NCBI GenBank assembly: GCA_034433165.1
Contig: DAOUAP010000035.1
Coordinates: 17,619 to 81,618 of the forward strand
Direction: 5' to 3'
Origin: Anaerolineales bacterium
Lineage (GTDB): Bacteria; Chloroflexota; Anaerolineae; Anaerolineales; Villigracilaceae
DNA length: 64,000 nucleotides
Part shown: one piece after another, positions 38,150 to 46,451 of the stretch
Numbering within the stretch: the first letter of the stretch is position 1
Layout: each line of letters opens with the position of its first letter
Position numbers and translations under genes: made by a program
The notes under the pieces: generated by a model
What the model saw: only the letters and a program-made list of their open reading frames with translations
Told to the model about the DNA's origin: nothing
The model's database searches: none

Positions 38150-39700
38150 TTAATCGAAATTGAGGTTGGTGGCTTTCCGGTGGGTGGGGCGGGTAATTTG
38201 CTGGCCAAGCTTGTCGATCAGGTCACTGAGCAATACCAGGCGTACATTTTTCTCGCCGCACACCCTTTCGATGTGGTGATGCACTGCATCATTGGCGTGT
38301 GGGATGGCCATGACCACCACATCGATTTCATGTTTTGTGATGACATTTGGCAGGTCGCGCATGCCGCCCAGAACCAAACAACCACTCAGCCGCATGCCCT
38401 GCGCACTCAAGTCATCATCGGCAATTTGTCCCGCTATCGAAAAGGCGGGGGCAAAAATGCTGCGTTTAAGCAGCCAGTTGGCGATCTCGCTGCCCTCTCC
38501 CGATCCAACAATGAGAACCCGCTCGCTGGAAACCAACGATTTACGGCGGGAACGCATCCACAAGCTGCTGATGCCGGAAAGCAGCCGAAGGCGGTAGCGC
38601 AAAATGATGAAGCCTATCGATGAAATGATCCCGATGGTGAAAATCATCTGTGCAGGCAGGTTGGGATAGGGGATCCACTTTTCGTAAACACGCAAATACC
38701 CCAGGGCCAGCACGATGATCAGGGTGGCAGTGCTGGTGAGAACCAATCCGAGCGCGTCTTCGACATAGGCCTTGGACCAGTAAATGCGATTGAGTCCGAA
38801 CACCCCATTGAGTACGTTAAAAAACCAGGTGATCGCAAAAGATAGGAAGGCCAGCTGCCAGAAATCGAACATACCGCCACCGGTAATGCGCCACTCCCAG
38901 GCAGTGATGAGCGATGCTGCTAGCGCAGCGAAAAAGTCGAGCACGAACCAGGCTACGTAACGATTGAACAGGCGCGAAACCGGACCAGAAAAGAAGTGCC
39001 CGTCAGGGATGCCGCTGGAGGTCCAACGAGGTAACAGCACTACAAATGTCCAGAAAATGATGTCAATATCGGCGCCGAAGGAGCGGTTGCGCACATAGAG
39101 CATGTCTAGCCGCATTTTGTCTGGCAAAATGTCCTCGAAGTAATCTTCCATGACGTTTTCGCTGTTCATCAGTGTCTCTTCATCATGATAGAGGACACTG
39201 GCCGGGCTGGTAATGCCAGGACGCACCGAGAGGATCTCTTTGCGATTTTCTTCCGGCCATTCTTCAGCGATTTTAATATCTTCTGGGCGCGGGCCAACCA
39301 GGCTCATTTCACCGACCAGCACATTCCAAAGTTGGGGCAATTCATTGACCTTGGTGTCACGCAGCCATTGTCCCACCCGCGTGATGCGGTCATCACCTTT
39401 GGCGGTGACCCGCGGGCCGGCATAGGACCGCGCAGTTTCGTACATTGTGCGGAATTTGAGGATTTTGAACGGCTTCCCTTTGCATCCCATGCGCGGGCCC
39501 CAGTAAAAGACGGGGCCGGGCGAGTCGCGCTTGATGACAATGGCGATCCAGGCAAAGAATGGGAGAAGCAGTATCAGCCCAAGTAAGGCAGCCATGATAT
39601 CAAACAAGCGCTTGAGTGCATCTTCGATAAAACGGCGGAAAGCCGAGCGCTGGGTGCGTCGAATGCTTTGGACACTGAGGTACAGTGAGGAACGGATCAT
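38150..39700 (-). CDS. polyprenyl-phosphate sugar-phosphate transferase (bacterial sugar transferase family) with C-terminal TM + Rossmann-like extension
   Basis: ATG 39700 with AGGAG (CTCCT at 39706-39710 on +) is preferred over 39808. RLFDIMAALLGLILLLPFF, PGPVFYWGPRMG..GKPFKILKFRTM, NELPQLWNVLVGEMSLVGPRP. Then about 5 TM helices and RVLIVGSGEGSEIANWLL...DVVVMAIP. Confidence 0.85.
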   Translation of the reverse strand: MIRSSLYLSVQSIRRTQRSAFRRFIEDALKRLFDIMAALLGLILLLPFFAWIAIVIKRDSPGPVFYWGPRMGCKGKPFKILKFRTMYETARSYAGPRVTAKGDDRITRVGQWLRDTKVNELPQLWNVLVGEMSLVGPRPEDIKIAEEWPEENRKEILSVRPGITSPASVLYHDEETLMNSENVMEDYFEDILPDKMRLDMLYVRNRSFGADIDIIFWTFVVLLPRWTSSGIPDGHFFSGPVSRLFNRYVAWFVLDFFAALAASLITAWEWRITGGGMFDFWQLAFLSFAITWFFNVLNGVFGLNRIYWSKAYVEDALGLVLTSTATLIIVLALGYLRVYEKWIPYPNLPAQMIFTIGIISSIGFIILRYRLRLLSGISSLWMRSRRKSLVSSERVLIVGSGEGSEIANWLLKRSIFAPAFSIAGQIADDDLSAQGMRLSGCLVLGGMRDLPNVITKHEIDVVVMAIPHANDAVHHHIERVCGEKNVRLVLLSDLIDKLGQQITRPTHRKATNLNFD

Positions 39701-40241
39701 TGCATCTCCTTCAATAAAAAGCAAAAAAGCTTCCGGTTTTGGGGCAGGTTGCCCCATAATAATCAAAATAAATATAGCCGCGCCAAGGTGTGCTACCCCA
39801 GCGGGCATTTCGGCGGTCTGGCAGTCTCCGGTTAGAGACCCGTGACTTTGCGTCCTCTCCTCACGAAGAGTTTGCCTTTTTCGAAGCCCTTGATGTCATT
39901 TTGCTGGTATCTGTCCGAAGATGGGTCTTGCCTGGCGCCCACACAAAATTCCCTGCAAGCGCCTGCAGCGTTTCGGAAAAAATCGATAAAATAATTGCGA
40001 GCATTTTCTTCGGAAGATACGAATTCACTCCAGAGATTATTCTCAGGTTGCCAACGCATTAAAAATGGGTTTCATCACACATGACGGAATGGATTGCCAA
40101 TAGTTACAGTTTTCGTTGTTCACGCGCCTTTGCGCGGTTTTAAGATGTTTGATGCCGGTGTGCAAGTTTGTCACCACACCCACCCGGAGTAACCGGTCTT
40201 GAAGCAAAAAGCTCGCTTCAACAGGTAAGTGCGATAAGCTA

Positions 40242-41222
40242 TCAATCAGATACTTTATTACCAGGCTTGAGAAGATCGCTGTTGTGTTGGAGTATGGACT
40301 GCTTGTTGACCGCCAGGCACTCTGGCCAGGGCTGTGCATCGAGCGATTGCTGCCCGGCGAGATAATAATAGAGCATACCTTTGGCTTTAGAAAACAAGCC
40401 CATATTTTGGATGGCTTGTGGCATGCGCTCGGCTACTGCCAGTGTGTGTCGATTGGCAAACGGTTTTATTAAAGGATTATAAACAATTCTTTGCCGAACG
40501 GGATAGGACATATATCCCATGTAGAACTTGAAGCTATCCACCGAGGCGGGGGCATCCAATGAGTGCAGCCCGTAATGGATGGAACGCACTCCGGGCCGCT
40601 CCAGGGCGTTTTGTGTAACCTTGAAGGTTAGCACGTTATTGACACGGTAATTCAAAAAATCCCTGCTAGATTGTTGATACAGGATGTGATACCAGTCGTC
40701 AATTTGTACACTTAGCAGTGAGGCGCCCAGCTTTCCGTTTACGAATGCGCCCCAGGCTTCGAAGCCAGGCAATCCCTGTGCGGCGCGACAACGGCGCTGC
40801 CAGCTTTGTTTTGTTACGGCTGCGTTTCGCCCCTGGCGCGCCAGCGTATCTGACAACAGGTTCCAGCCTTCTTCTGCCAGGGTTTCAAAATCTATGGGTG
40901 TTACCTCGCAGTGCTGCAATCCCTGGCGCACATGGTTTCGCGCGTTGCTTTTCAGATCGACGAAGTCGTAGGTTGGACGGTTGTAAATGTTGTGGTAACT
41001 TACATAGCCTTCCGGGCTGTTGAGCGGCGTGGAATACCGCAAACCCAGTGCCTTATGCGCCCCAAACAGGAGCTTTAACTCACTTTCTTCTGGGCGCACC
41101 AACCAGTGGTACGGAAAAGCCTGAAAAACCCGCACAGATTGATTGAACCAATAACTGCTCTCGGTTCTTACAACAAGGTAACCCTGGCGCTTAAGCCATT
41201 CGGCAAAAGTTTCTGCGTTCAT
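40242..41222 (-). CDS. FemAB/CelD-like (GNAT-fold) acyl- or aminoacyl-transferase homologue, paralogue A
   Basis: 326 aa. 28 of the first 40 residues are identical to the next ORF. Layout (ARNHVRQG..., GFEAWGAF.NGKL.AS.L, SVDSFKFYMGY) resembles FemAB-type proteins. Confidence 0.6.
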   Translation of the reverse strand: MNAETFAEWLKRQGYLVVRTESSYWFNQSVRVFQAFPYHWLVRPEESELKLLFGAHKALGLRYSTPLNSPEGYVSYHNIYNRPTYDFVDLKSNARNHVRQGLQHCEVTPIDFETLAEEGWNLLSDTLARQGRNAAVTKQSWQRRCRAAQGLPGFEAWGAFVNGKLGASLLSVQIDDWYHILYQQSSRDFLNYRVNNVLTFKVTQNALERPGVRSIHYGLHSLDAPASVDSFKFYMGYMSYPVRQRIVYNPLIKPFANRHTLAVAERMPQAIQNMGLFSKAKGMLYYYLAGQQSLDAQPWPECLAVNKQSILQHNSDLLKPGNKVSD

Positions 41223-41227
41223 GGCGC

Positions 41228-42223
41228 TTAACCCTGTGAAAAATCTTCATCGACAAACCGCAGCGATCCGCCAGAGTCGCCGGTGCTTCCCAGAAAGTTA
41301 GCACGATGCTGGTTTAGAACCTTGGGCCACTCTTGCTGCGCCAATGCCAATTTGCCCTGCATATTGAACAGTAACATACCACTTCCTTTGGCTAAATGAT
41401 AATCTTTTGGAAAAACTTTTCGCAATTGTGTAAGCAGTAAATGACTAAGCGGGTTGGATAACGGCTCGAGCCAGGGGTGGAAGAGAACGCGCTGGCGCAC
41501 CGGAACAGGCTCATAACCCATCCGAAACTTAAACTCATCCACGCTGCCGGGTGCATCCAAAGACTGCAGGGTGTAAAAAATGGAGCGTATGCCAGGTCTT
41601 TGCAGTACAGCCCGGGTTACTTCATAGGTCAGCGCATGGTTGATGCGGTATTTCAAAAAGTCGCGATGTGACTGCTGGGAAAGGAATTCGCAACAATCGC
41701 CGATCTGCACAAGCAGAAGGGATGCCACCAACCGGCCGTCATAAGTTGCCCCCCAGGCTTCGAAGCCCGGAATTTCAGCCGCCAGTATACACCGTCGATG
41801 CCAGGCTTGTTCGGTATGGCTGCTGCGCCGCCTTTGTCGGTCCTCAGTATCTTTTTCTAAAAACCACCCTTCTTTGGCCAGGCGCTCAAAGGTGATTGGT
41901 TTAATAACACAGTGTTTCAAGCCAACCTGAATATTATGCCGGGTGCGCTTATCCAGGTCAACTACCGAATAAGAAGAATTCTCAAGGATCACGTGGTAAC
42001 TGATACATCCCTGTGACGCATCAATGGGGGTGGAATAGCGCAGAGCAACCACGCGCTTCGATTGTATCAGGTGTTCCAATTCAGCTTCTTCGGGGCGAAT
42101 AACCCAGTGATAGGGAAAAGCCTGCAGCACATGCGACTCTGTGTTATACCAATAGCTGCTTTCAGTGCGCACCACGGCATATCCCTGGCAGCGCATCCAT
42201 TCGGCAAAATTTTCCGGGTTCAT
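41228..42223 (-). CDS. FemAB/CelD-like (GNAT-fold) homologue, paralogue B
   Basis: 331 aa, tandem paralogue of 40242-41222 with a 5-nt intergenic gap. Same conserved blocks (VVRTESSYW, QAFPYHW, LRYSTP, PGFEAWGA, SLDAPxSVDxFKF, PVRQR). Confidence 0.6.
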   Translation of the reverse strand: MNPENFAEWMRCQGYAVVRTESSYWYNTESHVLQAFPYHWVIRPEEAELEHLIQSKRVVALRYSTPIDASQGCISYHVILENSSYSVVDLDKRTRHNIQVGLKHCVIKPITFERLAKEGWFLEKDTEDRQRRRSSHTEQAWHRRCILAAEIPGFEAWGATYDGRLVASLLLVQIGDCCEFLSQQSHRDFLKYRINHALTYEVTRAVLQRPGIRSIFYTLQSLDAPGSVDEFKFRMGYEPVPVRQRVLFHPWLEPLSNPLSHLLLTQLRKVFPKDYHLAKGSGMLLFNMQGKLALAQQEWPKVLNQHRANFLGSTGDSGGSLRFVDEDFSQG

Positions 42224-42237
42224 GCCATCTGCATCCT

Positions 42238-43239
42238 TTATAGTTGCCTGAGCACCCAGTTGCGATATTGTTCACTCTTGGGGGATTTCGCAAGATCAAT
42301 CAGCCTGCCAAGTACGGAGCTACTTGCCATGGATATTCGAAATATGTGAGCATCTTGGCAGCCAAATTTTTCCTTATATTGCTCGGCATACCCTCCAAAA
42401 TGCAACGTGTGGACTCCCTGGCGTTTAAGCATCTTAACGGTTTCCCAAGTCAGGAACTCGTTGGGGCGGAGGCACTGGTACTCATGCCAGCTGGCAGCGC
42501 CCCAAAAGACAGATGTGCTGTTTTGTACGAGAAATAGCCCTGTGGCAATACTTGGACCTTTAGTTAAGCGGACGCGCACCAACCACAGGCTGCCCGTTGG
42601 CAACATGGCGCGAATCATAAGTTTTACATTCTCAAGTCCAAATGCCGGGGCAAGCGCATGGCGGCGCATGACATCGCAATATTGGGCATAGTACTCGTCT
42701 GCAAATCCCGGGTCCTCAACCATTTCAACGACCAACCCATTTTTTTCTGCCTTGCGGATGTTTGTTCTGCAGGCATGTTTCATATTGCGGAAGAGAGCAT
42801 CTTCACTGGGGGTCAGGTCGAGCATGAACCACATCAGCGGCTCCACCCGATAGTGCAGACCTTCCATGTCATCCGAGCGGATATTGGGATCTATGATCTC
42901 AAGGTAATGACAGTGCAATTGGTGAAAAGCAAAATCGGGTAATGCATCCAGAACCGCCCGGCGTGAAATTTCTGGACTGAGATTAAAACCCATAAAGTAA
43001 GTGGTCCAGCCGCGAAAAGGGCTTCCTAATATGCGCACCCCAAACTTTTCGGCGATCAACCCAAAAAAATAGCCGCACAGATGCCCATCGTCGAGCACAG
43101 CGGCAACAACAGGCTCCAGCGGCTGTTTTTGAGACAAGAACCGCAGCCAGGCTGGCATTTGAAAAATGTTGGATTGTCCAAACTGCGCCGTCATCGCCCA
43201 ATCCAATTGTGAAAACTTGATGTGTTCGAACTTAATCAT
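42238..43239 (-). CDS. FemAB-family (peptidoglycan-bridge-type) aminoacyltransferase-like protein
   Basis: 333 aa. NMKHACRTNIRKAEKNGL, LFLVQNSTSVFWGAAS, LRPNEFLTWETVKMLKRQGVHTLHFGG resemble FemAB/FemX family blocks. Confidence 0.7.
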   Translation of the reverse strand: MIKFEHIKFSQLDWAMTAQFGQSNIFQMPAWLRFLSQKQPLEPVVAAVLDDGHLCGYFFGLIAEKFGVRILGSPFRGWTTYFMGFNLSPEISRRAVLDALPDFAFHQLHCHYLEIIDPNIRSDDMEGLHYRVEPLMWFMLDLTPSEDALFRNMKHACRTNIRKAEKNGLVVEMVEDPGFADEYYAQYCDVMRRHALAPAFGLENVKLMIRAMLPTGSLWLVRVRLTKGPSIATGLFLVQNSTSVFWGAASWHEYQCLRPNEFLTWETVKMLKRQGVHTLHFGGYAEQYKEKFGCQDAHIFRISMASSSVLGRLIDLAKSPKSEQYRNWVLRQL

Positions 43240-43318
43240 GCTTGTTTCCCCTTATTCTATGGCTTGAGAAAAAAGTGCACACTGGCATACATGGTAATAA
43301 CACCAGAAGTAATTGCTG

Positions 43319-44557
43319 TTACTTGCCCGATTTTTTGATGGTGATAACAGTCTCGAGTAGTTGCTCGATCGCCCTGGCGCCAGCCTGTGGAGAGTGAACG
43401 TTCTCGGCCCACATGCGCCCGTTTCGTCCCAGTGTCTCTCGTACGGCAGGTGCATCGCGTAATTGCAAAACAGCCTGCGCGAGGTCGCGCGGGGATTCCG
43501 GGTGAATGCAAATCCCTGCCTTGGCGCGCGTGATGAGATTCCAGGTTTCACTGTCTTCATCCACGCTGGCAATCACCGGGCGGCCGCTGGCCAAAATAGA
43601 ATAAGTTTTGGATGGCAAGGAACCATGGCCCACCCCGTGCCGCAAAGGGACCAGGGAAATATCGGCGCTTGCCAGGACGTCAGGCAGGCGTTCACGTGGC
43701 TGGAAGGGGATCAGACGCACATTGCGCAATTGACGGCGTGCAATTTCTGCAGCCAGCTTTTCGCGATTGGCGCCATCTCCCACAAAAACAAAGAGGAGGT
43801 CGGTGTGGACTGCCAACATTTCAGCGGCATCCAGAACATTCTCCAACCCCTGTGAAAGCCCGATATTTCCCGCATACATAACCACGCATTTGCCGTCCAG
43901 CCCAAATTCCTGAGAGAATGCATTACTTCGGGGCAGCGGGCGCACCAAGTCGGTGTCCACCCAGTCGTACACCATGGACATCTTCTCATCTGCGACGCCC
44001 AATTCGCGCAGGTTGGGGCGAAAAGATTCGGAGATGATTCTGACCAGGGTGGCACTACGCAGGCAGACTTTCTCCACGGCTGCCACTGCTGCGATGACTG
44101 GCTTGTGACGGAAGATGCCCAACTTGACGCCTACATGTGGGTACACGTCATAAACGGCATAAATGGCAGGCTTGCGGGGTAACGCCACCAGCGCGGTAAA
44201 AGCGAGCCAGACTGTAATCCCCGCGCCGCCGGCATACACAACATCATACGGTTTGCCAAGCATGCTGACAATGACCCCTACCTGATAGACCAGGAATTGC
44301 AAAAAACGGTACGCCAGTTTGGAACGGTCCAGTGAGGGCAGCCCCACGCGAATAACTTCCACGCCCTTTTCGGTGGATTTCCATAAAAACCGCCCACGAT
44401 AGGCGGGAGGAACCTGCCCGCTGGGATAGTGTGGCACCATGGTCGCCATGGTTACCTGATGCCCCAGCCTGACCAGGTTTTCACAAAGCATGGTGTAGAT
44501 GGGTGCACTGGGCCCCAGGTCTGGTTCATAGTGCCCGCCGAAGATAACAATCCGCAT
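43319..44557 (-). CDS. GT4-family glycosyltransferase (WcaI-like)
   Basis: MRIVIFGGHYEPDLGPSAPIY N-terminus and a GT-B C-terminal half (LPSKTYSILASGRPVIAS). Confidence 0.85.
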   Translation of the reverse strand: MRIVIFGGHYEPDLGPSAPIYTMLCENLVRLGHQVTMATMVPHYPSGQVPPAYRGRFLWKSTEKGVEVIRVGLPSLDRSKLAYRFLQFLVYQVGVIVSMLGKPYDVVYAGGAGITVWLAFTALVALPRKPAIYAVYDVYPHVGVKLGIFRHKPVIAAVAAVEKVCLRSATLVRIISESFRPNLRELGVADEKMSMVYDWVDTDLVRPLPRSNAFSQEFGLDGKCVVMYAGNIGLSQGLENVLDAAEMLAVHTDLLFVFVGDGANREKLAAEIARRQLRNVRLIPFQPRERLPDVLASADISLVPLRHGVGHGSLPSKTYSILASGRPVIASVDEDSETWNLITRAKAGICIHPESPRDLAQAVLQLRDAPAVRETLGRNGRMWAENVHSPQAGARAIEQLLETVITIKKSGK

Positions 44558-44625
44558 CCTGAATTCTCCCGGGCGATAACAATGATTTCAGTCGTTAGAT
44601 AACAAGCGCCAGCCAGTTTGCCAGC

Positions 44626-45237
44626 CTAAGGGTGGAGGATAGGGTATCTGTATAACCCGACATGCATGGCATAGGTTGTTCCACGGTGCAGTTCCAACGC
44701 TTGCTCAAACACGAATCCAAACCTGCGGTAAAAATGGATCGCTGGCAAGTTGCTCTGCTCGACAAAAAGGAATACCGAGTCGTACCCCCGGGTGCGGGCG
44801 TCCTCAACAAGGCGTGAAACCAGTTGATCGGCAATTCCCATCCCGCGATACGCAGGTAAAACCACAATCGGCCGCAACTCATATCCAGTATACACGCGTT
44901 CACCTTTTCTTGAGCGAAATAAACGCCCAAGACGATCAACCATGTAGCCTGGATCTGCCATGATATGCCTGAGCGCGTTGACCATGAGCATCATCCAATG
45001 CTCCGCAAGTCCGCGTTTAACCGCGGTGCGATTCCATACGCCGCACACATACCCGGCAAATTGCCCATCCACCCAGGCTGCAAACCCAACTGCCCCGTGG
45101 TGGGTTGCAATCGATTCGTATTGCAGTTTGAGCATTGCCAAACCTCCGGCAGTATGGATTGCGGAGGTCAGGTTTTCAAGATGCGCTTTAGCGGCCAGTT
45201 CGGCATCTTGTGGGCGCAACGGATGGATTTCGATCAT
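44626..45237 (-). CDS. GNAT-family N-acetyltransferase
   Basis: ATG 45237 with GGAG upstream is preferred over 45297. Acetyl-CoA motif LRPIVVLPAYRGMGIADQLV and FYRRFGF. Confidence 0.85.
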   Translation of the reverse strand: MIEIHPLRPQDAELAAKAHLENLTSAIHTAGGLAMLKLQYESIATHHGAVGFAAWVDGQFAGYVCGVWNRTAVKRGLAEHWMMLMVNALRHIMADPGYMVDRLGRLFRSRKGERVYTGYELRPIVVLPAYRGMGIADQLVSRLVEDARTRGYDSVFLFVEQSNLPAIHFYRRFGFVFEQALELHRGTTYAMHVGLYRYPILHP

Positions 45238-45460
45238 GGTTTCTTTCTCCGCAAGGCGGCAGTATGGCAACTGAACAAGTAGAAAACTCCTTGCCACGCT
45301 TTTGGTAAGCGCAGCACAAGCTTATATAACCGCAAAGCCACGCTTAAAACCGTGAGCGTTTGTTCGCCATAAGCGAAAAATTGTGTTGCGCACAACCCGG
45401 CTGCTCAAATAGTGCCAGGATTGTGCGCAGGCGCAGCGATTATTTCACCTCGCGGACTAA

Positions 45461-45492
45461 TAAAAACACCCTGCCCTACCAGGCAGGTGTGC
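45461..45492 (-). terminator. intrinsic terminator inside the long leader upstream of the GNAT gene
   Basis: Minus strand: ACACCTGCC-tggta-GGCAGG(G)TGT, a 9-bp stem with one bulge, followed by TTTTTATT. Confidence 0.5.
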
Positions 45493-45841
45493 ATTCATTG
45501 CGGGTCATTTGGGGCGGGCGTCGCGCGCAGATCGCACAGCGCTCTATGGATGAGGTTAAGATTTTTGTATGTATTGAAGGTAGTTTACCACGCAACATCA
45601 CGTCGCATAAGATGGGGAATCGTGCGCGGTCAAAAAGCCATCTCACAGGAAACTGGAAATATCATCTACCGAAATGATGCATGGAAACTCCTTTTTGTTT
45701 GCTGTATACTATTTTTGTAGTTTCAACCGGATGTAGCCTGGTGTTTTTGGCATTCGCCCTGTCCACCCATTATCGTGATGCCGATGGGATGCGGCCAGCA
45801 CCAGAAAACACTATTTGCAGGTAAATTGTTAGGAGACCTCT

Positions 45842-46372
45842 ATGCAAGCTGCCAAAGAATGGATTGACGCCATTAGCACCCGCCTGGAGCGTTCTGGCCC
45901 CGAAGGCGCGCGCGCCATGGACTACATCCGCAAACGGCGGATTAAGATTGGGTTCAAGAAGCAAAGCACCAGCACCGCCGCCATGTGGGATATTGACGGT
46001 AACATCTACCTGAACCCCAGATATTACAACGATAAAGACACCAGCGACCCGTACATGATCAGCCTGGTGGCCCACGAAGCCTGGCACCTGCGTCAGGGAA
46101 TCGTTGTGGCGCTTTCGGTTTATGGCGAGCTGGAGGCCTGGCAGTTGGGGTTCCGCATCTACCTGGCGCTTTCCGGGCGGCCGCTGCACCCGGCTGTGCA
46201 GGAATTGATGACCCTGCCCCTCAGTTACGATCGCGCGGTGCTGCGCCGCGCCGCCGAACTGATGCAGGCCTATGCTGGCAAGGGTTATCGCATCGACCTG
46301 CTGCCCACGTACCCGCTGCACAAAGAGATTGCCTGGTTTTTCACGCGCAAAGAACCAGCCATGCCCGGTTAA
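45842..46372 (+). CDS. hypothetical protein with HExxH motif (putative small zinc metallopeptidase-like)
   Basis: ATG with GGAG 7 nt upstream. 176 aa. SLVAHEAWHLRQG is the only recognisable motif. Confidence 0.65.
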   Translation: MQAAKEWIDAISTRLERSGPEGARAMDYIRKRRIKIGFKKQSTSTAAMWDIDGNIYLNPRYYNDKDTSDPYMISLVAHEAWHLRQGIVVALSVYGELEAWQLGFRIYLALSGRPLHPAVQELMTLPLSYDRAVLRRAAELMQAYAGKGYRIDLLPTYPLHKEIAWFFTRKEPAMPG

Positions 46373-46413
46373 AACCAACCGCCTTTGGGACGTGCACAAC
46401 CACGGAAACAAAA

Positions 46414-46441
46414 ACACGCCAGGGGCATTGCCCTGGCGTGT
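46414..46441. terminator. bidirectional intrinsic terminator
   Basis: ACACGCCAGGG (46414-46424) pairs with CCCTGGCGTGT (46431-46441), between convergent genes. Confidence 0.6.
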
Positions 46442-46451
46442 GGTTTATCGT

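Noticed and set aside
39832-40059. 75-aa ORF (and 39790-40062 on the plus strand) in the gap inside the polysaccharide locus.
   Set aside because: No RBS, atypical composition and no motif. It cannot be supported as coding, though a pseudogene remnant is not excluded.
45770-46417. 215-aa minus-strand ORF overlapping the HExxH gene.
   Set aside because: It lies antisense to an ORF with a good RBS and ordinary composition. Its own translation is Gly/Arg/Gln-rich, and it runs through the terminator hairpin at 46414-46441.
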